Below are positions 7,929-15,421 of a stretch of DNA of 24,000 nt, in pieces. Source of the stretch: Trinickia sp. LjRoot230 (GTDB taxonomy: Bacteria > Pseudomonadota > Gammaproteobacteria > Burkholderiales > Burkholderiaceae); contig NZ_CAXUQX020000001.1 in NCBI RefSeq assembly GCF_964253315.1, positions 1,899,571 through 1,923,570 of the forward strand. Reading direction: 5' to 3'. The stretch's first letter is position 1; every line of letters begins with the position of its first letter. The notes beneath the pieces are model-generated. The model saw only the letters and a program-made list of their open reading frames with translations, was not told where the DNA came from and searched no databases. A program made the position numbers and the translations under genes.

Positions 7929-8181
7929 CGATCAATTGTTCGGCGTAGAGCGTCGAGGCACGTCGTGCGTCGCCGGTATTCTCGAACGGCTTGGGCGAGG
8001 CCAGCCGAAACACGCGGCTGCGGGCCGCAAGCGTGCCTGATGCGAGCTCGCTGATTCTGACGGCTGCGTCGAAGCCTGCCTCGTAATCGCGCGCGAGTCC
8101 CGGCTGGGTTGCCCGGTGGGGAAAGACGAGGGGATAGATCTCAAAGCCGCGATACAGGCGAAGGTTGGCGGTGATTGTCAT
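7888..8181 (-). CDS. Small hypothetical protein (97 aa), first gene of a two-gene operon
   Basis: This is the 3'-terminal part of the 404-aa track ORF 7888..9102. The ATG at 8181 has GGAG 7 nt upstream. Sequence: MTITANLRLYRGFEIYPLVFPHRATQPG...FENTGDARRASTLYAEQLIDAS. GC3 is high. Confidence 0.6.
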   Translation of the reverse strand: MTITANLRLYRGFEIYPLVFPHRATQPGLARDYEAGFDAAVRISELASGTLAARSRVFRLASPKPFENTGDARRASTLYAEQLIDASTGGDSLWDVQ

Positions 8182-8326
8182 GGACTGCTCCGTGGCCGCG
8201 CTCGCGCGCGGCGTAATGATGTAGGTGGCGTAGCGCAACGGATCAATGGACACGCTGCCGGGTTGATTGCGCAGCCGCGATGAACTGGGCGCTGCTTTTG
8301 CGTTCGCTGGCCGATAAAAAATGAAG

Positions 8327-8350
8327 AAGGCGCACCTTTTGGTGCGCCTT
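8327..8350 (-). terminator. Orphan terminator-like hairpin in a divergent intergenic region
   Basis: AAGGCGCACC-tttt-GGTGCGCCTT is a perfect 10-bp GC-rich stem. Read on the minus strand it is followed by cttcaTTTTTTat. No annotated gene reads into it from either side. Confidence 0.35.
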
Positions 8351-8580
8351 TCGTGCGCTAGGGGTAGAGCACTCGGCTTTTCGCCCGATCGTACGCGCTT
8401 TCCTCTATTTGTACAGTTAAATTTCCGCGCACGTCTGCCGCGACGGTCTATCTGGCGCCGAGCGGCAGAGGCCCCCAAACGGGGAGCCGGGCCGACGTGC
8501 GATAATGCCGGATCACTTCTTTTCCATACGGCGCGCGGACATGGCCTGATCCAAAGCTTGGCGCCGGGCACGCATTCCCC

Positions 8581-9762
8581 GTGAAAAATTTCGTTGTCCC
8601 AATCGATGCGCTCGCCTCGTTCGACGAGATCGTAGACGTGCGCACGCCGCTCGAGTTCGCGGAAGACCACATCCCCGGCGCAATCAATGCGCCCGTGCTC
8701 AGCAACGAGGAACGGGTGATCGTCGGCACGCTTTACAAGCGTTCGCCATTCGAAGCAACGCGCATCGGCGCCGCGATGGTCGCGCGCAATATCGCACATC
8801 ACCTCGACACCTGCTTTGCCGATCGGCCCCGCAACTGGCGCCCGCTCATTTACTGCTGGCGAGGCGGCAAGCGCTCGGGTTCGATGACGGCCTGGTTCAA
8901 CATGGTCGGCTGGCAGGCTCGCCAGCTCGACGGCGGGTATAAGGCGTATCGGCATCACGTGCTCGATCAACTGGAGCATCTCGCGCCGCAGTTGACGTAT
9001 ATCGCGCTGACGGGCCATACCGGAACGGGCAAAACCCGCTTGCTGCAGGCACTCGCCGCAGCCGGCGCCCAGGTACTCGATCTGGAAGCGCTCGCGCTGC
9101 ATCGTGGCTCGCTGTTGGGCGCATTACCCGATTCGCCGCAGCCGACCCAAAAGGCGTTCGACACTGCATTGGCCACGGCGCTCTCGGCAATGCAGTTGGA
9201 TCGTCCCGTGTTCATCGAGGCGGAAAGCCGCCGTATCGGCAAGATCACTGTCCCGACTTCATTGCTCGACGCGTTTCGTGCCGGCCGTTGCGTGCGCGTG
9301 AGCGCGCCGTTGCCGATGCGTGTGAAGTTTTTGCTCGAAGACTACGCGCATCTTTTCGATACGCCACAACATTTCAAGGATCAACTGGCGCGATTGATCG
9401 GGTTGCAAAGCCGCCAGACCGTCGAGCGCTGGCATACGCTGATCGATGCGAACGAGCGGACGCAACTGTTTACGGAACTCGTCGAAGCGCATTACGATCC
9501 TGCCTACGCGCGTAGCAGCGAGCGCTCGTTTGGCCGAATCGACCATGCGATGCAGTTTTCGTTTGACCCATGCGCGTGCGTGGCCAACCGCATCGACCAG
9601 GCGCGCGAACTCCTCGCTCAACTCGAAGCAAACGGCATGATGTCCATTGCTGCTCGCGCCATACCAGGTGCGCCGAGCACGGCATCTGCCGCACCGACGA
9701 ACCAATCGAGCGCGCAACGCAACGGACGGCATGGCGCACCGGCTGGCATTGCGGATAGCTGA
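8581..9762 (+). CDS. selU: tRNA 2-selenouridine synthase (SelU/MnmH/YbbB)
   Basis: The N-terminal rhodanese domain (IVDVRTPLEFAEDHIPGAINAPVL, active-site loop YCWRGGKRS) is followed by the P-loop LTGHTGTGKT, which is the SelU architecture. GTG start. A roughly 40-aa low-complexity C-terminal tail is present. Confidence 0.9.
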   Translation: MKNFVVPIDALASFDEIVDVRTPLEFAEDHIPGAINAPVLSNEERVIVGTLYKRSPFEATRIGAAMVARNIAHHLDTCFADRPRNWRPLIYCWRGGKRSGSMTAWFNMVGWQARQLDGGYKAYRHHVLDQLEHLAPQLTYIALTGHTGTGKTRLLQALAAAGAQVLDLEALALHRGSLLGALPDSPQPTQKAFDTALATALSAMQLDRPVFIEAESRRIGKITVPTSLLDAFRAGRCVRVSAPLPMRVKFLLEDYAHLFDTPQHFKDQLARLIGLQSRQTVERWHTLIDANERTQLFTELVEAHYDPAYARSSERSFGRIDHAMQFSFDPCACVANRIDQARELLAQLEANGMMSIAARAIPGAPSTASAAPTNQSSAQRNGRHGAPAGIADS

Positions 9763-9828
9763 ACCGAATCGCGCGAGATCAGCGACACAAACCCTGTACG
9801 ACAAAACCAAGCGCACGCCTACCGGACC

Positions 9829-10899
9829 ATGGAATCATTTGTTCAAACCCGCCGCCCGGCGGCATCGCCCATCGCCGTTGCAGTTTTTGTGCTGATTGCG
9901 GTGGCCGGGCTCTTTTACGTCAAGTGGTCGCCGTACTACGCGCGCCTCTTTGTCGCCGCGGGCACCCATTCGATCGGACATTCGATCCTCAGCGGCACGG
10001 CTTCGACACCGCCCGCCGCATCATGGCAAGCGGCGCTGCACTACGCGAGCACCTATGGTCGTGCGATTTGGCAAGCGATGGTGCTCGGCTTGCTGCTCGG
10101 CTCGGCTGTGCAGACGCTACTGCCCGCGCATTGGATTGCGCGCGTACTCGGGGGAGCGGGGTTGCGCAGTGTCGCAGCCGGTGGCGTGCTTGCCCTTCCA
10201 GGAATGATGTGCACTTGTTGTGCCGCGCCCGTCGTGGTGGGGCTGCGCAAGCGCCAGGCGTCGCAAGGCGCTGCCGTGGCATTTTGGCTCGGCAATTCCG
10301 TGCTCAATCCGGCCACGCTGGTGTTCATGGGGTTCGTGCTCGGCTGGCATTGGACCGCATTGCGCCTGGTGTTAGGTGTGCTGCTGGTGTTCGGTGGCGG
10401 GTGGCTCGTAGATGCGACGGCGAGCGCCGCCGAACGCGCGTCCGCGCGAGCGCAACTGCAATCGCTGGAGATAGCTGGCGAGTCGCCGCAGGGCAACGCG
10501 TTCGCCCGCTGGCTCAAGCTGCTTGCGCAGATGACCGTTCGGCTCGTGCCGGAATACATCGTGCTCGTATTGCTGCTGGGTGCGGCGCGCGCCTGGCTTT
10601 TCCCGCATGTCGGCCCCGAGGTCGACAACGCGATCAGTTGGATCGTCGCATTCGCCGCGGCTGGTACGCTGTTCGTCATTCCGACCGCGGGCGAGGTGCC
10701 GATCGTTCAGACGATGCTTTCGTTCGGTGTGGCGGCAGGCCCTGCCGCGGCGCTCATGATGACGTTGCCGCCCATCAGTGTTCCGTCGCTCGTGATGACT
10801 GCGCGCGCGTTGGGTACGCGCGTGGTGGTCATGATGCTGCTGATGGTGTTGGCCACGGGAATCATGGCGGGCTGCATCGCGGCGGCGTTGCACTTATGA
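9829..10899 (+). CDS. Polytopic inner-membrane permease, COG0701/ArsP-like (DUF318) family, with an MCTCC cysteine motif
   Basis: 356-aa ORF with about 8-10 hydrophobic spans. LPGMMCTCCAAPVVVGL sits inside a TM segment, resembling the vicinal-Cys (CxC) motif of ArsP-type permeases. The gene lies 66 nt after selU and 43 nt before selD on the same strand. Confidence 0.75.
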   Translation: MESFVQTRRPAASPIAVAVFVLIAVAGLFYVKWSPYYARLFVAAGTHSIGHSILSGTASTPPAASWQAALHYASTYGRAIWQAMVLGLLLGSAVQTLLPAHWIARVLGGAGLRSVAAGGVLALPGMMCTCCAAPVVVGLRKRQASQGAAVAFWLGNSVLNPATLVFMGFVLGWHWTALRLVLGVLLVFGGGWLVDATASAAERASARAQLQSLEIAGESPQGNAFARWLKLLAQMTVRLVPEYIVLVLLLGAARAWLFPHVGPEVDNAISWIVAFAAAGTLFVIPTAGEVPIVQTMLSFGVAAGPAAALMMTLPPISVPSLVMTARALGTRVVVMMLLMVLATGIMAGCIAAALHL

Positions 10900-10942
10900 G
10901 TGCTTTGCGGCTTTTTTTCGCGCGTTCTTTGGAGACACTGCG

Positions 10943-12025
10943 ATGACATCGGTTTCGACTTCGACTTCGACTTCGACGACAGCTGCCGCGGTGCCGCGTT
11001 TGACTGAGCTTTCCCATGGCGGCGGGTGTGGTTGCAAGATCGCGCCGGGCGTGCTGGCCGAGTTGCTCAAGCGCACGGTGCCAATGCCGGCTTTCGCGGA
11101 TCTGCTCGTCGGCTCCGATACGGCCGATGACGCCGCAGTCTATCGGCTCAACGACGAGCAGGCCATTGTCGCGACGACTGACTTCTTTATGCCGATTGTC
11201 GACGACCCGTACGACTTCGGCCGCATCGCCGCAACCAACGCGCTCTCCGATATCTATGCGATGGGCGGCAAGCCGCTGTTCGCGCTCGCGATCGTTGGCA
11301 TGCCGATTAACGTGCTGCCGCGCGAGACCATCGCGAGTGTGTTGCGCGGCGGCGAAGCAATCTGTGCAGAAGCCGGCATACCTGTGGCGGGCGGGCATTC
11401 GATCGACTCGGTCGAGCCGATCTATGGGCTTGCCGCGATCGGCGTCGTGCACCCGCAGCATATCGCGCGCAATGCGAGCGCGCATGAAGGCGATCTGCTC
11501 GTGCTGGGTAAGCCGCTTGGTGTCGGCGTATTGTCGGCTGCTCTTAAGAAGGGGCAACTCGATGCTCGAGGATATGCGGCAATGATTGCCGCGACTACGC
11601 GGCTGAACCGGCCTGGCCCCGCGCTGGCCGCGCTCGATGGCGTCCATGCCATGACGGATGTGACGGGCTTCGGTGTGCTCGGGCACCTGTTGGAGCTATG
11701 CCGTGGTGCCCAACTTGCTGCACGCGTCGACTTCTCTGCGCTGCCTTGGCTGGAAGGCGTGATCGAACTGGCGCAGCGCGGCATGATCACGGGCGCGTCG
11801 GCTCGCAACTGGGCTGCCTATGGTGCCGATGTCACGCTCGCACCAGCGCTGCCGCCGTTTGCACAGGCATTGCTGACCGATCCGCAGACATCGGGCGGTC
11901 TGCTCGTGTCCTGTGCGGCGCACGCGGTGGGCGAGGTGCTTGCCTGTATGAAAGCAGGCGGCTTCGACGAAGCCGCAGTCATTGGTACGCTCGTGCAGGG
12001 CGCGCCGCATGTGGTCGTTGCCTGA
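10943..12025 (+). CDS. selD: Selenide, water dikinase (selenophosphate synthetase), Cys-type
   Basis: SHGGGCGCKIAPGVL is the glycine-rich N-terminal loop with the catalytic Cys in place of Sec. DDAAVY, TTDFF and the AIR-synthase-like fold motifs follow. GGAG lies 8 nt upstream of the ATG. Confidence 0.95.
   Translation: MTSVSTSTSTSTTAAAVPRLTELSHGGGCGCKIAPGVLAELLKRTVPMPAFADLLVGSDTADDAAVYRLNDEQAIVATTDFFMPIVDDPYDFGRIAATNALSDIYAMGGKPLFALAIVGMPINVLPRETIASVLRGGEAICAEAGIPVAGGHSIDSVEPIYGLAAIGVVHPQHIARNASAHEGDLLVLGKPLGVGVLSAALKKGQLDARGYAAMIAATTRLNRPGPALAALDGVHAMTDVTGFGVLGHLLELCRGAQLAARVDFSALPWLEGVIELAQRGMITGASARNWAAYGADVTLAPALPPFAQALLTDPQTSGGLLVSCAAHAVGEVLACMKAGGFDEAAVIGTLVQGAPHVVVA
10955..10978 (+). 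repeat. Hexanucleotide tandem repeat (TCGACT)x3 plus TCGACG inside the selD 5' end
   Basis: tcgact tcgact tcgact tcgacg encodes (ST)4 at SelD residues 5-12, upstream of the catalytic loop. Confidence 0.9.
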
Positions 12026-12050
12026 GATAGCGTACCCGGCCAGGTCATAT

Positions 12051-12947
12051 TTAGGACTCCGAAGTAACGCAACCGACGCACGCGAGACGCACAGCGAGGA
12101 AATCGATCAATGTGCGCACGCGGCGCGGGATCGTACGCCCTGAGAGCCAAACGAGGTGCATCGGCGCCGGTGCGGGCTCGAATGCATCGAGCACAGTCAC
12201 GACCGCCCCGGAATCGAGCAGCGACTGCACTTGAAAGATGGGCGCGCGTCCGATGCCCGCACCGGCGAGCGCAGCCTGGTTGCAGGCCATGGCGCTCGGC
12301 GACCTGAAGCGGCCGGTCACATCGACGGAGCCGCCGGCACGGTTGAATGTCCATGTCTCGCGCTTTGTGTCCTGGCGCAGGATGCACTCGTGCGTAGCAA
12401 GGTCGGACGGATGAGCGGGCCAGCCGTGTAACTCGAAGTAGTGAGGCGCACCGAAAACCACACGTCGCAATGCGCCGATCGGCTTGGCTCGCAAGTTCGA
12501 ATCGGGCAGGCGCCCCAGCCTGATAGCAATGTCGATGTCGTGATGCGCGAGGTCCACATGTCGCTCGTCGAGCAGCAATTCCACTCGAATGTTCGCATGG
12601 GCTTGCAAGAACTGCGCGATGATCGGTGCGACGAAATCGGCACCGAAAGTGGTCGGTGCTCCGACGCGAATGCTGCCGCGCAGCTCCTTGGCGAGATCTG
12701 CAACTTCCTCCCGCGCCGTTCGTATCGCATGGACGGCAGGGCGGATTTTCGCCGCGAATTTCAGGCATGCCGCAGTGGGCTCGACGCGGCGCGTCGTACG
12801 ATGAAAGAGCGTCGCGTTCAGATCGCCTTCGATTGCCGCAAGGGTGCGGCTCACCGATTGCAATGTCCGCCCCAACGATTTCGCCGCGGCAGTGAGACTG
12901 CCGTCGTCGATGATGGCCAGCAATACTTCATATTCGTCTCGGCTCAC
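12051..12947 (-). CDS. LysR-family transcriptional regulator
   Basis: YEVLLAIIDDGSLTAAAKSLGRTLQSVSRTLAAIEGDLNATLFHRTTRRVEPT is the helix-turn-helix, followed by an LTTR effector domain. The gene is convergent with selD (25-nt gap) and divergent from the glcG-like gene. Confidence 0.9.
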   Translation of the reverse strand: MSRDEYEVLLAIIDDGSLTAAAKSLGRTLQSVSRTLAAIEGDLNATLFHRTTRRVEPTAACLKFAAKIRPAVHAIRTAREEVADLAKELRGSIRVGAPTTFGADFVAPIIAQFLQAHANIRVELLLDERHVDLAHHDIDIAIRLGRLPDSNLRAKPIGALRRVVFGAPHYFELHGWPAHPSDLATHECILRQDTKRETWTFNRAGGSVDVTGRFRSPSAMACNQAALAGAGIGRAPIFQVQSLLDSGAVVTVLDAFEPAPAPMHLVWLSGRTIPRRVRTLIDFLAVRLACVGCVTSES

Positions 12948-13011
12948 GGATTCTCTCGATTTTCGGAAGAATGTTTGACGGCTCTGCGCGCTATGCGCGG
13001 CAGGGATGCAA

Positions 13012-13030
13012 GCGTACAGTCTACTGACGC
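13012..13030. promoter_or_regulatory. Candidate LTTR box (T-N11-A dyad)
   Basis: GCGT-acagtctactg-ACGC lies in the 135-bp divergent LysR/glcG intergenic region. It is nested in a wider TGCAA...TTGCA inverted repeat. Confidence 0.3.
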
Positions 13031-13082
13031 GTTCGTTGCATTAGGGCGAATCACAGGTGTTTCACGTGACCGGAGACAAGAC

Positions 13083-13535
13083 ATGACACAAGCGAACACA
13101 ACCGATACCCCGCTTACTTATAGCAGCCAATTGACGCTCGCGGATGCGCGTCGCGTCGCTCAAGCGGCGGAACAAGAAGCCGTGCGTAACGGTTGGCCGA
13201 TGGTGATTGCGATTGTCGACAGCGGAGCGAACCTGATGCTCCACGAGCGGCTAGATCAAGCACAGCTTGGCAGTATCGAAGTCGCCAAACAAAAGGCCGA
13301 GACCGCAGTCAGATTTCGCCGGCCCACGCGAGTTTTCGAGGATGCCGTGGCACAAGGCGGGCTCCACTGGCGGTTGCTCGGTATGACGAATCTCGTGCCG
13401 CTGAATGGCGGCATTCCATTGATGCGCGACGGAGCAGTGGTTGGCGCAATCGGCGTATCGGGGATGAGTTCGGAGCAAGATGCGCAAGTCGCGCAGGCTG
13501 GCGCCAACGCGCTGGCCGAACACGCGCCGCAATAG
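13083..13535 (+). CDS. GlcG/HbpS-like (DUF336) heme-binding-family protein (150 aa)
   Basis: LADARRVAQAAEQEAVRNGWPMVIAIVDSGANLM...GGIPLMRDGAVVGAIGVSGMSSEQDAQVAQAGANAL matches the GlcG signature GGxPxxxxGxxxGAxGVSG...DxxxA. The part of the track ORF upstream of 13083 is antisense to the LysR gene. Confidence 0.85.
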   Translation: MTQANTTDTPLTYSSQLTLADARRVAQAAEQEAVRNGWPMVIAIVDSGANLMLHERLDQAQLGSIEVAKQKAETAVRFRRPTRVFEDAVAQGGLHWRLLGMTNLVPLNGGIPLMRDGAVVGAIGVSGMSSEQDAQVAQAGANALAEHAPQ

Positions 13536-13555
13536 AATAGCTGCGTCGAACGGTG

Positions 13556-15340
13556 TCAGGCCGGCAATGCGGTCGGCGTTGCTGCGCGCACTCTTGCGAG
13601 CGTGTCTGCGAGATAGGACTCGCGCGCTGCACGCCGCTTGATTTTTCCGCTCGATGTCTTCGGGATGGTGCCTGGCTCGATGAAGACAATGTCGAACAGG
13701 CTTAGCTCATATTCATCGAAAATGGCGCGGCGAAGGTGCGCGGCTAGCTCGGCAGTATCGACATTGCGCCGGCTCGCACGTTCGATCTCCTGTACGAGTA
13801 CGACCCTTTCCTCGCCGTGGGGCCCGTCAACGGAAAAAGCCGCGTTGCTGCCGGCGCGCGCGGCAGGGCTTGCCTGCTCGGCGATGCGCTCGATGTCTTG
13901 CGGATAATAGTTGCGCCCACGCACGATGATGACGTCCTTCAGCCGGCCGACGACGAACAGCTCGTTGTCGCGCATCACGCCGAGATCGCCGGTGCGCAAA
14001 TAGCGAGTGCGAGTTTCGTCGCCCTCGATATGCGCATGAAACGTGTCGCGAGACGCCGCTTCGTTCTCCCAATAGCGCTCGGGCACGTGTGAGCCGGTTA
14101 CCCAGATTTCGCCGACCATGCCGTGCGGCAGCGCTTGCCGTGTGTGTGGCGCGACGATGGCGATCGACTCGCCGGCCAATGCGTGGCCGCATCCGACGAG
14201 CCGCGAGTTGCCGTCGGGCAGCGTGGGCGCCACGAGCCGTCCGCCGGCCAACGCGGCCTTGTCGGCGCTAATGACGACGGTGGCAGCAGCCGGGTCTTTG
14301 CCCGAGATCATCAGCGTGGCTTCCGCCATGCCGTAGCACGGGTACATCGCGGTAGCAGACAAACCGAGTGCGGCGAATCGCGCTGAGAACGTCTCGACGG
14401 TGTTCGCCCTAACGGGCTCGCCGCTGTTGAATGCCACCTCCCAACAGGACAGATCGACCTCGCAGGCGCGAATTTTTTCGAACGCCTTGATGCACAGGTC
14501 ATAGGCGTAATTGGGGCCGCCGCTGACCTGCGCTCGGTATTCGCTGATCGCGCGCATCCATAGCGTCGGGTCGCGCGCGAAGTCGCCCGGCGCCATCAGC
14601 ACCGAATGTCCACCCATGTACAGCGGTTGAAGGATGTTTCCGATAAGGCCCATGTCATGGTAAAAGGGCGCCCATCCAACATAAATCACCCCGGGACAGC
14701 TGCGTAACGCATCGCACTGCATCGCGAGATTGGACAATACGTTCGCTTGTCGGACGACGACCCCCTTCGGCAGTGAGGTCGAGCCCGACGTGTATTGGAT
14801 GAACGCGGTGTCGTGCGCAGGATGAAAAGCACCGCCGGTGCCGCGCTCGTCGTCGACGAACGGCGTCCAATCGTTCAGCGGCCAGATCGCCATGTCTGGC
14901 GTCGCGCCATCGAGTTCATCGGCGATCGAGCGCGGCACGTCCTCCGATACCAGACAAACCGTCGCGCCGCAATCGCGCGCAATCGCCGTCGTTGCGTCGC
15001 GCAGGCGCTTGTTGCGCAACGACGGAATAGGAACGGGCACCACGCCCGCGTATTGACACGCGAAGAACGCGACGATGAACGTGAGACCGGACCCGAGCAT
15101 CAGCATGACCCGCGCACCGGGACGCGTGGCCGCGGCGAGCGCGCTGCCGAGCCCGATAGCGGCGCGATCGAGTTCGCGATAGCTGATGCTATCGACGGCT
15201 TGTCCGCGCACGAGGAACGTATACGCCGTCGCATCGGGTTTCACGCTTGCCCAGTGGCGCAGCGTTTGCGCGAGCGTCGAAACGGCACCTGCGTGCCAGG
15301 TCGGGTCGCGATCGAAAGCAAGGCGCAGTGTCATCGTCAT
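13556..15340 (-). CDS. Fatty acyl-AMP ligase (FAAL; FadD32-like adenylating enzyme)
   Basis: 594-aa ORF. IQYTSGSTSLPKGVVVRQANVLSN (A3 motif), YLRTGDLG and GRLKDVIIVRGRNYYPQDIE (the FAAL-typical A8 region), and PKTSSGKIKR (A10) are all present. It is the last gene of the four-gene cassette. Confidence 0.85.
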   Translation of the reverse strand: MTMTLRLAFDRDPTWHAGAVSTLAQTLRHWASVKPDATAYTFLVRGQAVDSISYRELDRAAIGLGSALAAATRPGARVMLMLGSGLTFIVAFFACQYAGVVPVPIPSLRNKRLRDATTAIARDCGATVCLVSEDVPRSIADELDGATPDMAIWPLNDWTPFVDDERGTGGAFHPAHDTAFIQYTSGSTSLPKGVVVRQANVLSNLAMQCDALRSCPGVIYVGWAPFYHDMGLIGNILQPLYMGGHSVLMAPGDFARDPTLWMRAISEYRAQVSGGPNYAYDLCIKAFEKIRACEVDLSCWEVAFNSGEPVRANTVETFSARFAALGLSATAMYPCYGMAEATLMISGKDPAAATVVISADKAALAGGRLVAPTLPDGNSRLVGCGHALAGESIAIVAPHTRQALPHGMVGEIWVTGSHVPERYWENEAASRDTFHAHIEGDETRTRYLRTGDLGVMRDNELFVVGRLKDVIIVRGRNYYPQDIERIAEQASPAARAGSNAAFSVDGPHGEERVVLVQEIERASRRNVDTAELAAHLRRAIFDEYELSLFDIVFIEPGTIPKTSSGKIKRRAARESYLADTLARVRAATPTALPA

Positions 15341-15421
15341 CGAGAATCGACTCGTGAATCAATGGAGTTAGTTCGTCATGCAAAGCGGTGCAATGCAATG
15401 CGGATCTGGCGTTTCGCCATC

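Noticed and set aside
8351-8400. tRNA-like fragment gcgcTAGGGGTAGAGCACtcgg next to the selenium genes (considered as a possible selC/tRNA-Sec)
   Set aside because: Only a D-arm-like motif is present. There is no 7-8 bp acceptor stem, no UCA anticodon loop with a proper 5-6 bp stem, no GTTCGAATC-type T-arm and no long extra arm, so it is not a tRNA.
8182-9102. Upstream 307 codons of the 404-aa minus-strand ORF 7888..9102
   Set aside because: This part is antisense to selU and crosses a 400-bp intergenic region containing a strong hairpin. It is Arg/Ala-rich with no recognisable domain. Only the terminal 97 codons (7888-8181) were kept, because they have their own ATG and GGAG.
12441-13082. 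5' two-thirds of the 364-aa ORF 12441..13535
   Set aside because: This part is antisense to the LysR gene and crosses the divergent promoter region. The GlcG homology begins only after the ATG at 13083.
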